From Myxococcota bacterium (GTDB lineage: Bacteria > Myxococcota_A > Polyangia > Nannocystales > Nannocystaceae): 64,000 nt of DNA. The notes below the pieces were generated by a model. It saw only the letters and a program-made list of their open reading frames with translations. It searched no databases and had not been told where the DNA came from. The DNA lies in assembly GCA_039028615.1 (NCBI GenBank), contig JBCCHT010000004.1, positions 273,393-337,392 on the forward strand, read 5' to 3'. Made by a program: the position numbers and the translations under genes. This document shows positions 43,166-56,400 of this stretch, piece by piece (positions within the stretch are counted from its first letter, which is position 1; every line of letters starts with the position of its first letter).

Positions 43166-44197
43166 TCAGCTGAGCGCAACTTCGCGCAAAAGATCGAGTT
43201 CGTCGAGGGCGGCGCCGGACCCCAGCACCACCGCGAACTCCGGCTCGTCGGACAGGAACACGGGCAGCCCCGTCTCCTCGGACAGCAGCGTGTCGAGGTT
43301 GGCGAGCTGCGAGCCGCCGCCCGTGAGCACGATGCCCTTGTCGACGATGTCGGCGCACAGCTCGGGGGGCGCTCGCTCGAGCACCTGCCGCACCGCGTCG
43401 ACGATGGCGGAGACCGGCTCGGAGAGCGCCTCGCGAATCTCGTCGGAATCGATGGCCACCGTCTTGGGAATCCCGGCGACGAGGTCGCGGCCTTTGACCT
43501 CCATGGTCATGACCACCTCGGTCGGGGCCGCGGTGCCGATCTCGATCTTCACCTTCTCGGCGGTGCGCTCACCGATGAGCAAGTTGTACTTGCGCTTGAT
43601 GTGCTGGATGATCGCTTCATCCATCTTGTCGCCGCCGACGCGGGCGCTCTTGCAGGCCACGATGCCGGCCAACGAGATGACCGCGACCTCGGCCGTGCCG
43701 CCACCGATGTCGACGACCATATTGCCGCCGGGCTCCGTAATTGGCAGCCCAGCGCCGATCGCCGCCGCCATGGGCTCCTCGATGAGGAACACCTCGCGGG
43801 CCCCGGCCGCCAGCGCAGAGTCTCGAACCGCACGCTTTTCCACCTCGGTGATCCCCGAGGGCACGCAGATGATGATCCGCGGCTTCACCAGGGTCTGGCG
43901 GTTGTGCGCGCGGGTGATGAAGTAACGCATCATCGCCTCGGTCACCTCGAAGTCGGCGATGACGCCTTCCTTCATGGGACGAATGGCGCCGATGTTGCCG
44001 GGCGTTCGCCCGACCATTTCCTTGGCCTCTTTGCCGACCGCCAACACGCGCTTGGTGTTGGCGTGCTTCTGCACTGCAACCACGGAAGGCTCGTGCGCGA
44101 CGATGCCCTTGCCCTTCACATAGGTGAGCGTCGTGGCGGTGCCGAGATCGATGGCCAGATCGTTGGAGAAGAGGCCGTATACCCAGTCGAAGAGCAT
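43166..44197 (-). CDS. mreB: MreB
   Basis: [27 protein letters not shown] motifs. Confidence 0.98.
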   Translation of the reverse strand: MLFDWVYGLFSNDLAIDLGTATTLTYVKGKGIVAHEPSVVAVQKHANTKRVLAVGKEAKEMVGRTPGNIGAIRPMKEGVIADFEVTEAMMRYFITRAHNRQTLVKPRIIICVPSGITEVEKRAVRDSALAAGAREVFLIEEPMAAAIGAGLPITEPGGNMVVDIGGGTAEVAVISLAGIVACKSARVGGDKMDEAIIQHIKRKYNLLIGERTAEKVKIEIGTAAPTEVVMTMEVKGRDLVAGIPKTVAIDSDEIREALSEPVSAIVDAVRQVLERAPPELCADIVDKGIVLTGGGSQLANLDTLLSEETGLPVFLSDEPEFAVVLGSGAALDELDLLREVALS

Positions 44198-44510
44198 GAA
44201 AGGCCCGCTGCGGCGGGAGTCGGCGGAAGCCGGCGGGTGGGCCAGCCTCGCCCCGTTCCGGGCTTGGCAGCCGTTGTCATTTACACGGCGGTCGTGCGGC
44301 GGGCAAGCACCGTGGCCGAGCCCAACGCGGGAGGCCGGCCGGGCATTCCGTGATCGGCCAGAAGAATGGACCCAGATCGTGCATCTTGCGCAACCCCACG
44401 CGAGGCCCCGACCGGCTCATTTCGCGCCTGCCCCGCACCCTCGTTCCCCGGCCGCGAAGTGGTCCGCGCGAGATTGATGTCGGGCAGACCGAGGGCTAAG
44501 GTCCCGCCCC

Positions 44511-46319
44511 ATGCTCGAGTTCATCCGGCGCCAGTCCAGGAGCTTCATGTCCTGGCTCATCCTGGGCGCCATCGCAGTCGCCATGGGCATCACGTTCGGC
44601 GGACCGAGCGACATGCTCTCCGGCAGCGGAGTGTCCGGCGTCGCCGAGGTTTACGGCGAGGACGTCCGCCAAGAGGATTATCGCCTCCAGTTGGCCATGG
44701 CGACGCGTTTCGGCCTGATGCCCAAGGGTAGTGCAGGACGCAAAGCCCTCGGCGCGAACGAGGAGCTCATCGACGGCGCCATCGAGCGGCTATTGCTCGT
44801 GCACGAGGCGGAAAAGATGGGCCTGGCCTCCACCTCCACGCAGGCGGAAGACATCGTCATCGATGGCCACGTGATGCTCTTCGGGTTCCGCCTCGACCGG
44901 CTCGCGCCCGAGGACGCGTTCAGCAACGACCTGTTCCAAAACAGCTGGCTCAAGTCGCTCGGCGTCGTCGAGAAGAATTACCTCGAGCACCAGAGTGATG
45001 AATTCTTGGCGCAGACCGTGCGGGACCTCGTCTCGGCCAGCGTGGTCGTGCCCGAGTCCGCGTTGTGGAAGCAGTACGAGAAGACGGCGAACACCATCTC
45101 GCTGCGCTATGCCCGCTACGAGATCGCGGCATTCGCGGATCTCGCCGAGCCCAGCACCGAGCGCATCGACGCGTATGTGGCCGACAACGGCGACAAGCTC
45201 GACAAGCGCTACGAGTCGCAGAAGAGCCGCTTTACCGGGCTGCCCCGCCAAGTGCGGCTTTCGCTCATTCAGGTCGAGGGCGGCGAGGAAGCCAAGACCG
45301 CCCTGCAAGCCACCCGCGCCACGCTCACCGACGCGGACACCTTTGCCGCCGCCGCCCGGGCCCAGTCCACGCACGAGACCTCCGGCCGCGGGGGTGACTA
45401 CGGCTGGATCGACGAGAAGAGCGACACCCCCTCCGACCTGCCCGAGGCCGTGACCGCGGCGCTGCCCGGCCTCGCCGACGGAGCCGTCTCCGAGATCGTC
45501 GAGGCCGACGGCTCGCTGTGGCTGCTCCGCGCCGAGGCCCACCGCGAGGGCGACGTGCCCAAAGAGGATGCGCTGCGCGAGCTCGCCTCCGAGGATCTGC
45601 GCGACGAGATCGCCAAGGAGCTCGCGATGCGAGCCGCGGCCGAGGACCAAAACGCGGTGACGGCCGGCAACGCGATCACCGACGTGTTCTCGCAGCCCGG
45701 AGCGCTGGGCGAGACCACGCTGTTCGGCGGCGCGCCGATCGAGAACCTCCCCGTCGAGGGCGAGGAAGAGAAGAAAGACGGACCCGCGAAGGAAGGCGAC
45801 GAGGCCACCCCCGAGGCGCCAGCCGATCCGATGGCTGGCCGTGCTCGCCCCAAGGCCGAGATGCAGAGCACGGGACCGGTCCCCAAGGGTCAGCAGATCC
45901 GCGGGCTCGGCCTCGTGCCCGACCTCATGGACGACGCCTGGGCCTACGAAGGTGAAGACGAGCTGCTCGGCAACATCTACGAGGTCCCCGGCGCCGTCGT
46001 GCTGGCCGGCGTCGAGAGCAAGAAGAAGGCGAGCAAGGAAGACTTCGCCGAGCAACGCGAGCTGCTCGAGTCCAACATGCGCCGCCTCAAGTCCCGCGAC
46101 GTCGTCCAGGCCTGGATCAAGCGCCGCTGCACCGAGGCCGTCGCCCGCAAGGACATCAAGGTCTCCGACGAGACGGTCACGCGGCTGACCACCTACGACG
46201 TGTCCGACGAGACCAAAGAAGGTGAAGAGGCGCCGAAGCCCGAGTCGACCTACACGGTCTGCAGCCGGGTCGGCACGCGCGGGGGTCTGCTGACCCGCCG
46301 CCTCGGCCTGCCCTTCTGA
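44511..46319 (+). CDS. SurA-N/PpiD-like parvulin chaperone
   Basis: N-terminal TM (MLEFIRR...), SurA-like N domain, GGDYGW parvulin remnant. Confidence 0.8.
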   Translation: MLEFIRRQSRSFMSWLILGAIAVAMGITFGGPSDMLSGSGVSGVAEVYGEDVRQEDYRLQLAMATRFGLMPKGSAGRKALGANEELIDGAIERLLLVHEAEKMGLASTSTQAEDIVIDGHVMLFGFRLDRLAPEDAFSNDLFQNSWLKSLGVVEKNYLEHQSDEFLAQTVRDLVSASVVVPESALWKQYEKTANTISLRYARYEIAAFADLAEPSTERIDAYVADNGDKLDKRYESQKSRFTGLPRQVRLSLIQVEGGEEAKTALQATRATLTDADTFAAAARAQSTHETSGRGGDYGWIDEKSDTPSDLPEAVTAALPGLADGAVSEIVEADGSLWLLRAEAHREGDVPKEDALRELASEDLRDEIAKELAMRAAAEDQNAVTAGNAITDVFSQPGALGETTLFGGAPIENLPVEGEEEKKDGPAKEGDEATPEAPADPMAGRARPKAEMQSTGPVPKGQQIRGLGLVPDLMDDAWAYEGEDELLGNIYEVPGAVVLAGVESKKKASKEDFAEQRELLESNMRRLKSRDVVQAWIKRRCTEAVARKDIKVSDETVTRLTTYDVSDETKEGEEAPKPESTYTVCSRVGTRGGLLTRRLGLPF

Positions 46320-46403
46320 GCCCGAGCGCCAGCCCGGCGCCGAGCGACGCCGCCCCGAGCAATCGCGGGCGGCGTTTTCATATCCGTCGAGCGGGTGTCG
46401 GGT

Positions 46404-47219
46404 TCACTCGTCGTCCGGCATCCACCGCAGCGCGTAGATGGGCATCGTCTCGATCTTGGCCTTGCGAATGGTCTTGCCGGGATGGATGCCCTTCATCTTC
46501 GTGGCGTCGTAGATCACCTGCACGTAGTACACGTCCTTGATCCCACACAGGACATGGGCCTCTCCCTCCACCTCGACGTCACAACCGCTGACGACATCGG
46601 CCTTGCCCAGCGCGGCCAGGGTCGTGCCGGAGTGAATCCCGAAGGGCCCGTGCACGCTCTCGTCGTAGAACAAGGCGCCATAGACCTTGCCGAGCGAGGG
46701 CTCGACGGTGGCGAACGCCTTCCCGTCGCGAGACAGCTCGTAGATCTCGTACTCATCGCCCTCCCCTAACCGTGTTTCGGTCGCGATCTTCACCCCGGGG
46801 AATGCGGCCTGGAGCTTCTCGACGGTGCCCATGTCGCGGGTCAGCGGCCCGACCTCGGTGCCGGTGATGAGGATGATCTCGGGTTCGCCCGCGGCGGCTG
46901 CCTTCCCGTCGTCGGCCTTGGCGGCCGGCGGCTCCTCGGCGGGGGCTGCCTTGCCGCCGTCGCCCGCCGCATCGCCACTGGGCGCGGCCGGTTTGTCCCG
47001 TTCGGCCCCAGCCTTGCCCTTCTCCGCCCCACCATTCCCCGCCGGGTCTTTGGCCTCGTCCTTGGCCTCGTCTTTGGCCTTGCCGGCCGTCTTCGCGTCG
47101 GTCTTGGCGTCCTTGGACTCGGCCGTGCCGGCCGTTGGCTTGGCACTGTCGCAGCCGGCCCCCAACCATCCGCCGAAGACCAGCAGACCGGACACGACGA
47201 CACGAGACGGTGTGATCAT
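46404..47219 (-). CDS. Hypothetical lipoprotein
   Basis: Lipobox GAGC; Ala/Lys/Asp linker; small C-terminal domain. Confidence 0.75.
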   Translation of the reverse strand: MITPSRVVVSGLLVFGGWLGAGCDSAKPTAGTAESKDAKTDAKTAGKAKDEAKDEAKDPAGNGGAEKGKAGAERDKPAAPSGDAAGDGGKAAPAEEPPAAKADDGKAAAAGEPEIILITGTEVGPLTRDMGTVEKLQAAFPGVKIATETRLGEGDEYEIYELSRDGKAFATVEPSLGKVYGALFYDESVHGPFGIHSGTTLAALGKADVVSGCDVEVEGEAHVLCGIKDVYYVQVIYDATKMKGIHPGKTIRKAKIETMPIYALRWMPDDE

Positions 47220-47411
47220 GTCGACACGGTAGGCGATCGCTTGCAGCCACGCGAGCCGCCGGAACGGCCTTCACCTCATCCCGAACGCACCTACACGGGA
47301 GGCGGGTCCCGATCCGCCGTCGATTGCTCACACAATCCTCCCGCGATGTGGCCTGGGCAGGCGAAGAAGCGGACCGGCCTACGCTATGCTCCACCACGCT
47401 GGGCGAGCCCG

Positions 47412-50400
47412 ATGGAGGAGCAAGACCATGCGACCGGAAGGCCTTCGGTCGGCAACGTTTTGGGCTTCTCGTTGCTGCTGCGCGACCGTCAAGCGCTGCT
47501 GCGACTGGAGCGTCGCGCCCTGAGCCCGGGCCTGCGCCTGTCCGAGTACGAAGCCGAAATCCCCGACGTCGAGTTCCCGCTCCGCGCTCACGGGGCCGCG
47601 GCCTTCCGGCGACGACGATGTCGCGCGCGTCAGCTCAGCCTCGAAGTCGACACCCATACCCTCGCCGCGTGGCTGCGCACGCGCTTGGTCGGTCGCACGG
47701 TCGAAGGTCTGCACATCGAAGAGGTCGAGCTGCGCCTGGCCGCCCCGACCGAAGAAGGGCAGGCGCCCGCGCCCTGCCTGTACGTCAAGGGACATCATCG
47801 CGGTCGCCCGCAGTGGCTGATGATCACCGTGCAGCTGCTGCCGCGCGGGCGTAAGGTCGGCTTCCGCCCGTGGCAGACCTGGCGCCTCGGTGACGGCCCC
47901 CTCGACTCGGACGCAATCTGGCGGGGCATCGCCGCGCGACTCACCCCCACCGTTGAACCCGACGCAGAATCGGACGGACCCGGGCTCGGCATCGTCGACC
48001 CAGTGCCGGGCGTGTTGTTGCGTCCCTTCGTGTCCGCGGGCTGGCGAACACCCGACCTCGGCCAGCTGAAGGTGACCGAGCTGTCCCTCGGGCCCGACCG
48101 CGCCGTGCTCTCGCTGTCGGCGGGCACCGATGCGATCGCAGCCAGCCCCGTGCCGCTGGAGCCTCCCCGAGACCCGGGTCCCGTGGTCGCCCACCTCGAG
48201 CGGATCCACGCCGCGCTGCAAGCCCGACGCACCGACCATGCCGCCACGGAGCTCGAGCGCCTCACCGACGAGCTGCCCAGCGAACACCCGGCTCGCCAAG
48301 CCGCGTTGCAGTGGCTGGTCTCGCTGTCCCGCGGCCTCGATCCCACGCAGCGCCTCCGAGCCCTGCGCGCGTGGCTGCACGAAGCCCCCCGCGACGAGAC
48401 GGCGGCGCGAGCCCTGGTGATCGAGCTGGGCCGCAGCGGCAACGACCGCGCCCTCGCGCGTCGCCTCGCCGCCGAGTGCCGACTGCCGCACCCGCCCACC
48501 AAGCAGGCCCGGCTCGAGCTGGCCTTGGCCACGGTGCTCATCGATCGACTCGACGAGCCACAAGCCGGACGAGGGCTGCTCGAGCCCCTGCTCGAGCGCT
48601 GCTCGACCTCGCCGTCGCTGGCCTCGCTCGAGCTGCCCGTACGCAGCGCCCTCGCCCGCGCCCTCGCATCACACCCGCAGAAGGCCCTCCATCAGCTCAC
48701 GCTCGCGCTCGCCGTGACCAACCGCAGCGCGGTGCGAGCCAGCGTGCAAGCCGAGGTCGCCACCGCGCTCGACCGGCAGGGGCATCACCAGGCGGCCACC
48801 ACCTTGTGGACCGAGGTGGTCTCGGCCACGCCCGACGACGACGAGCTGGTCGACGCCGCGCTGGCCTCGGCCCGCTCCACCGACAACGCCAGCGCGGGCG
48901 TCGACCTCCTGCGAGCGGCCATTCCCCACGCCAGTCCCGAGCGCTCGATCGACCTGCGGCGCACCCTGGTCACCACCCTGCTCGAGCGCAACGACCAGAC
49001 CCATCAAGAGCTGGCCATCGCCGAGCTGCGCACCCTGGTCCGCGACAACCCGGATGCGGCCGACCTCGCCGAGCAGCTCCAGGTCCTCGAGCGGCACCGC
49101 GGTCGCCCCGACGCCGCCGCCTCCATGCTGGGCACGCTGGCCAAGAGCAACGAGGACGCGGCCGACCGGGCCCGGCTTCGGCTCGAGCAGGCGCGCATCT
49201 TGGCCAAGAGCGGTCAGCCTCGACGTGCGTGGACCAAGCTCGAGCCCGCCCTCAACGAAACGAGCGCCGAACTCGAGGCCGAGCTGCTCGAGATGGCCAT
49301 CGAGATCGCACCGCTGTCGATCCGCGACGCCCTGCTCGATCGTCTGGTGGAGATCGACGACGGTCCTCCCAGCGGCCGTGCCCTGCTCACCCGTGCCCAG
49401 GGACGCGCATCGGACTCCAAGCGACGCGCCGACCTCGAGCTGGCCGCCGAGCGGCTCGACGACCCCCGCCCCGCCCTGCGGCAGCTGGTGGAGCTGGCCG
49501 GCGACGAAGCCCGCGAGCCCTGGGAAGCCCTCGCCGAAGCGTGTGCGACCCACGAGGATGCCCGCGGTGAACGACGCGCCCGCATCGAGCTGGCCCTGCG
49601 GCACCTCGCCCACGATGACCTCGACCACGCCCGGCGGTCCATGGCCCGCGCCTACGCCCTGGGTCGTCGCTCGGCCGAGCTCGCGCTGGCGCTCGGCTGG
49701 CTCGAAGCCAAGGCGGGCAACTACGAAGCCGCGGCCACGCTGGTGTCGACCGCTCTCGACGGCGACGTCAACCACAGCAACAAGCTCCTGCTCGACACGC
49801 GGCTCGGCCTGCCCCCGACGCCAGAGCTCGTGCGTGCGCACCTGGGGCCCATCTTCCTGCACGCCCATCGCCCCGCCGACGCGGCGGCGCTGCTGCGTCC
49901 GGCCGTCGAAGCGATGGGCGGCGCGCGTCAGCCCCAGCTGGCCGAAGCGCTCTTCGAAGCCCTCGAAGCGACGGGGGAGGCCCTCGAAGCGGCCAGCATT
50001 GCCCGCAGCCTGGCCGACGCCTACGAAGGACCTCTGCGCGCGGAGTGGCTGGCCCGAGCCGCCCGGCACGCCGAGCCCATCGACGCCGCGTCATGGCTGG
50101 CCGAAGCGGTCGAGCTGCGGCCCGAGGACGGGGACTTGCTGGCCGAGCTCGAACGTACCGCGCGGGCGGCCGGCGATCGCGACCGACTCAAGCTCGCGCA
50201 AGAGCGGGCCATCGAGCACCCCGAAGTCTCGACCGAAGCACGAAGCCGGGCACTGCGGAGCCTCATCGCCCGCCGCCGTCACGGCGAGGCCAGCCCCACC
50301 GAGGACGCCGAGCTACGGGCGCTGTACGAGCGACTGCTCGAGATCGACGACGGAGACGTCGAGGCGCTGCTGGTGCTCGCCCAGCACGACCACCGCCACG

Positions 50401-53400
50401 GCAACGAAAAACGGGCCCTCGATCGCTGGGGACGCGTGCTCGAGGAGCTGTCGGCCGAGGACCCGCGCCGCATCGAGCCCAGCCTCGCCCTGGCCACGCA
50501 CGAGCTCGCCCACGGTCAGCCCGAGCGCGCCCGCGAGCGCCTACTGCCCCTCATCGAGATGCGGCAGACCCCCCGCGAGGCCCACGAGCTGCTGGCCGAG
50601 GCCGCCCTCGCCCTGGGTGACGCACCCAATCGACTGCTCGGGCTCCGAGGCATCATCGCGCAGGCCAAGGAAGGCGGGCCCGTTCGCTTCGACGCCGAGC
50701 TGCAGCTCGCCCGTCAGCTCGGCGCCCTGGGCCGTAGCCACGAAGCCCTGCCCCACGTGGCCACCGCGACCCGAGGGTTCGCCCGCGGCACGCCCGAGCA
50801 CGTCGACTCCGCCCGCACCTGGCTGTCGCTCGCGCTCACCGTCGACGACCCGCGCCACGAAGCCGCCGCCCGCATCGAGCTACGGCATGCCCTCGGTCGC
50901 GAGCTGTCGGCCAAGGAGCTGCGGGCCGAGGCCTTGCTGATGGCCGAGCGCCTGGCCGACCCCGATGGTGCCCGCATCCTGGTAGAGGAAGGCCTCGCCG
51001 TGCGCCCCTCGGACGCGCTGCTGCTGTCGACCCTCAAGCACCTCGCCCGCACCACGGGCACGATGCTGCCCTACCTCGCCGCGGTCGAAGCCGCCATCGA
51101 GGGCATGGTGCCCGGCGACGAGCGCGACCGGCTGGCGACCGAGCTCGCCCTGACCGCGGCCGAAGACGGCGACGCGGCTCGGGTCCATCGCGCGCTCGAG
51201 CGCATCTCTTCCGACGCGGGCTCGAGCGAGGAGCTGCTCGACCTGCGCGACTGGGCCGTTCGCAACCTCGGGCTCGAAGAAGAGGAGCTGCGGGGCATCG
51301 ACGATCGCCTCCGCGCGGGGGCCGTCGATCCGGCGCTGCTGTTGCGACTGGGCCGCCTCGTCGGCCAGGACGAAGCCTGCGTCGAGCACCTGCTCGCGCT
51401 GGTCCGCGAGTCCGAGGGCGAGGTCGCCCAGCGCATCGTCACCCCCGCGCTCCAGCTGGCGGGTCGAGTCGGTCTTCCCTCGCTCACCATGCAGGCCCTG
51501 CGTCAGGCGCTGTGGGTCGGGGCTCATACCGCGGCCGAGCAGGCCTGGCCCGGCCTGGTCGAGCAGGTGAGCACGGCGGGAGACGATGCCGCGCTCGCCG
51601 ACCTCGTCGCCCTCGCCGATGATGCCCACGAAGCCGGCCTCTCGCTCGACGATCGCCTCGATCGACTGCTCGACGCCGCACTCGCCCACCAGCCCGGATC
51701 TCAGCACCTGCACCGCGCCCTCGCCCGTCACGTGGCCTACCGCGGCAGCCCGGCCGCGCGCCTGCAGGACGAGCTCAGCACCCACCTCGATGCGGTCGCC
51801 GATCGCTACGAGCTGCCGGGTCGCGACCGCGCCGAGCTGTTCATCGGCATCGCCACCCCGCTCGATCGCCGCTCGGCCGCCGACCTGCTGTCCGCCCGCG
51901 CCATCCAGTACCTGCGCGACCCCGAAGCCTTCGGCCGCCTGATCGAAGGCCTCGAAGCCCGGCAGTGCTGGCCCGAGGTCTTGCGCCTGCTCTCCGCGTG
52001 CGTCGAGGCCAACCCCGAGCCCGAGATCAAGGTCGCCACCCTCAAGCACCTGGCCCACGTGGCCTCGGAGATCCTGGGCGATCCGGCGACCACCATCCGG
52101 CACCTCGAAGCGGCGTTGTTGCTCGCGCCCACCGACCCCGACCTGCTGCTGCCGCTGCTCGACCATCACTTCTCGCGTACCGAGCTGTCGCGGGCCATCG
52201 AGCTGACCGAGCGCGTACTCGAGCACGTGCGCATGGGTGACGCGGCCTATGCCGCCTTGGCCCACCGCGCGGCCGATGCCGCCATCGCCCAAGACCAGAT
52301 CGAGCGCGCCATCGCCCTGCTCGATCGTGTGGTCGAGCGCATCCCCGACGACGCCAAGGCCCAGGGGCGCGCGGCCGAGCTGCGCAGTCGCGTCAACGAG
52401 CCCCGCCATCGCGTTCGCTTGCTCGCCGCGGTCGCGGCTCGCCAGAGCGGGCGCTCGCGCATCGAGGCCCTCGAAGAGCGCGCCCGCCTGCTCATCGATC
52501 CACTCGAGCGCTTCGAGGAGGCGATGGAAGACCTCGCTTCGGTGGTTCACGAGGCCCCCGAGCGCATCGCCAGCACAGAGCTGCTCGCATCCCTCTACCG
52601 CGACCACCAGCGCTTCACCGAGCTGGTCGCGCTACACGAAGCCGAGCTGCCGCGCCGCCACGGCCGGGCCCGCGCGCAGATCCTGCAAGAGATCGCGACG
52701 CTGTACCGAGACGAGCTGAACGATCCGCCTCGCGCCGAGCGGGCGCTTCGCCTCGCCATCGAAGAGCTGGGTCCCAGCGCAGAGGAGCGGGTGCTGGCCG
52801 ATGCCCTCCGCCAGGAGCTCGCCGACAACCTCGAGGGCCAAGGCCGCTACATCGACCTGTCCGTCTATCTCGAGCAAGAGCTGGAGACCGAGCTCGACTC
52901 CGAGCTGGCGGTCGAGGACACGCCCGCGCCGCCTCGGCTCACCTTGATCCAGACCCTCGCCCGCGTGCTGCGGGACCACCTCGAAGACGAATCCCGGGCC
53001 GCCCAGCTCTACGAATCGCTCGAGCGCTGGCATGCGCTGCCCGACGAAGGCCTCGCCACGCTCGCCCGCTGGTACGGCCGCACCCGTCGGCACGAAGACC
53101 TGGTTCGCGTGCTGCAGCTGCGCTCGCTGGCCCTCGAAGAGCACAGCGAGCGCAGGGCCGCCGCCGATCTTCGCATCGCCGAGCTGCTCGACGGCCCCCT
53201 GGCGCGCCCCCACGATGCCGCGCCGTACTACCTCGAGGCCTACCTCGCCAACCCGGAGACCCACGCCGCCGAAGGAGCGCGGGCCCGGGTCCTGCTGTCC
53301 GGGGTCGACTCGGTGCTCAACGTGCGGCGTCGACTCCTGCGCCGACTCGAAGACCTCGATCCCACGCGGCGCCCCGCCCTGCTGACCCTGCTCGCGGACG

Positions 53401-56400
53401 TGCTCGCCCCTCACGAGGACCACGAAGAGGAAGCCGAGGTGCGCTACCGCGAGGCGCTGGCCATCGACGGCAGCCTCGCGGGGGCATGGGATGGCCTGGG
53501 CCGCCTGCTCAGTCGCCTCGATCGCCGCTCCGAAGCCGCCCAGGCCCTGGTCGAGGCCGCCAATAGTCACGGCCTGCCTCCCGCTCGCGCCGCCGAAGCA
53601 GCCGCCCTGGCCGCCCGCAACTTCATCGAGCAAGAGCGCTTCCCCGAGGCCGAAGCCGCGCTCGAGCAGGCCCTCGATCGCAGCCCCGACTCTCAGCGCG
53701 CGCTGCTCGAGCTGGCCCGGCTCTACGAGCACAACGGCCGCCGCGACGAGCTGGGCCGCGTGCTCGACCGCCTCGCCGAGCTGCCGCTGTCGAGCACCGT
53801 CCTGGCCGAGGTCGCCTACCGCCGCGCCCTGCAGCTGCAGCCGATCTACGAGCGTGTGCCCACCGGGCCCCAGGGCGAGAAGGCCCGCAGTCACCTGCTC
53901 GAAGCCCTCGGCGCCAATCCCCGTCACCACGCCGCCCGCCAAGCCCTGCTGGGACTCGCCACCGCGCGGCGAGAGTGGTCGATCGTCGCGCACATGCACT
54001 ACCTCGCGATCCGAGAGCTGCCGCTCGGGGTCCAGCGAGCGCTGGTGCACCTCGATCTGGCCGCGACCTATCTCGACCACCTCGGCGACCCGGGCAGCGC
54101 CATGCGCAACATCGAGAGCGCGCTGCAGCAAGCCGCGACCGACGTCGTGGTGGGCAACCGAACCGGTGACCTGGCGCGACGCATGCCCGATCGCTCGGCC
54201 GCGGCGGAGCGCTTCGAAAACATCGCCTCCGGCGACAACGAGCTCGACGATCCGGCCCGGGCCCGGCTGTGGCTGCTCGCCGCCGACCTGCGCATGGAGG
54301 ACGACGACCACGACGCAGCCGAGGCCGCGTCCAAGCGGGTGCTCGACCTGCCCGCCGTGCCCCAAGCCACCACCGCCGCGGCCAACCGCACGCTCGATCG
54401 CCTCGGGCCGCAAGATCCCGAGAGCCTCGTCGCCGCTCGGGCGGGCATCGTCGCCCAGCTCGACAGCACACCGCCGCCCTCCCCTCGCGAGCGCGTCCAG
54501 CTGCTGGGGCGGCTGCACGACGTCGGCGTGGCCATGGACGACGAGGACCTCGTGGAACGAGCCACGCGCGAGCAGCTCGAGCTGGCCGCGGACCTCGACG
54601 AGAGCGACGACAATGCGCCCACCACCGGGGCCCTGCTTCGCGACCTGCTGGCCGCGCGCGGCGAGTACGGTCCGGTGGTCGAGCTGTACGAGCGCCTGGC
54701 CGCGACCGCGGGCAACCACGACCCCGATCGCGCCGCCCAAGTGCTGGTGGAAGCGGCCGGCTACGCATGGCGCGGACAAGAGGACCCCTCGCAGGCCGCT
54801 CAGTTGCTCGGCCGAGCCCTGCAGCAAGCGCCCGAAGACGAAGCCGCCGCCCGCATGCTGACCGAGCTGACCCTCGAGGTCACCGAGGCCGACGTGGCCG
54901 AGGACGTGTTCCGCGAGCTGTGCCGCGTCCCCGCCGAAGCCCGCCCCCCGATCTTGAACCTGCGCCTGGCGGCCCTGGCCACCGTGCGCAACGCCGAAGC
55001 CGAGGCCCTGGCCTTCGTCCGGCCGCTCACCGAGCCGGGCATGCCCGATGCCGTGCGTTACGAGGCGCTGGGTCGGCTCGACGCACTGCTGGCCTCCCGC
55101 GGCGAGAAGGAAGAGCGGCGCCAGATGCTGGCCGTGTACTTCGATCTCGCGCGGCACCGCCGTGACCCTCGTGCAGGAGACCTCGGGCTCGAGCTCGCCC
55201 GACTCCAGCGGGCCGAGGGCGATCGGGCGGCCGCCCGCGAGACCGGCGAGATCACCCGGGACATCGCTCCCGACCACCGCGAGCTGCTGCACCTGATGGC
55301 CGAGCTCGCCGAGCAAGACGAGGACTGGGCGACCCAGGCCGACCTCTTCGAGCAGCTCGCTCCGCTGGCGATGGACGACTCCGAGCAGGCGATGTGGCTG
55401 ACGCGAGCGGCCCGCATCCACCTCGAGCACCCCGACGTCAGCGGTCACTCCGACTCTTCCCTGCTCGCCCGACGCCTGCTGCTGCGCGCCACCGAGGTCG
55501 ACCCCGAGGGGCACGAGGCCCGCGTCGCCCTGCTCCCGCTGGCCTTCAACCAGGCGCGCTGGGACGAGGTCCTCCAGCTCGCCGATGGCCTGATGCGCCA
55601 GGGGGCCGACCACGAGGTCCTGGTCCTGGCCGCGCTCGCCGAGGCCTACCGCCGCGGCGAACAGAAACTCGCCCGCGAGATCGGCTACCGCCACCCGCCC
55701 GAGGTCATCCGCCAGGTGCTCCTGCCGGGCATCCAGCAGGTGCTCGCCGAGGTGGCGATGCGCGGGCCGCTGCCTCGCCTCGATCCCGTGCTGGGGGTCG
55801 GCTCCGCGTTGCTCGGCGGACGCAAGCACCTGGGCCAGTGGCTCGAGGCCTGGGCCAGCGAGCGCCCCCCCGAGCCGGGCCTCACCCTCGGCCTCGCCCG
55901 CCTGCTCGAGGCGCAGGGCAGCGGCGACCTGGCTCGGCACCAGTTCCAGCTCACCGCCTTCCTCGCCCCCCGCGGCCCCGTCCCCGCCCTCGTGGCACGC
56001 CTGCCCGGCCACCGCGTCAGCGGCCTCGACCTCCATCATCTCAGCACCGCGCCGATGGAGAGCCGCAGCATGCTGCGCCAAGTCCTGACCTCCCTGCGCG
56101 ACCACCTGTCCGGGCTCGGCACCCGGGGTGCACCCACCCCTGCCCCCGCACATCGCCGCCCCCCCGATTGGTGGACCAACCGCATCGAGATGGCCGAGAC
56201 CATCGTCGAGCCGTGGCGCACCATGCTGGGCCTCGATCTGCCGCTGGCCTGGAGCGAGCACGAGTTCCTCGGCAGCGTCGCCGCCCGCAACGACCGTCCG
56301 CCGCGCTTGGTCCTGGGCCGCAACTGCGCCGAGCTCGAACGCCCCGAGCTCGCCTTCCGACTCGCCTACGCCACCGCCACCATCGCGTTGGGCATCGCGA

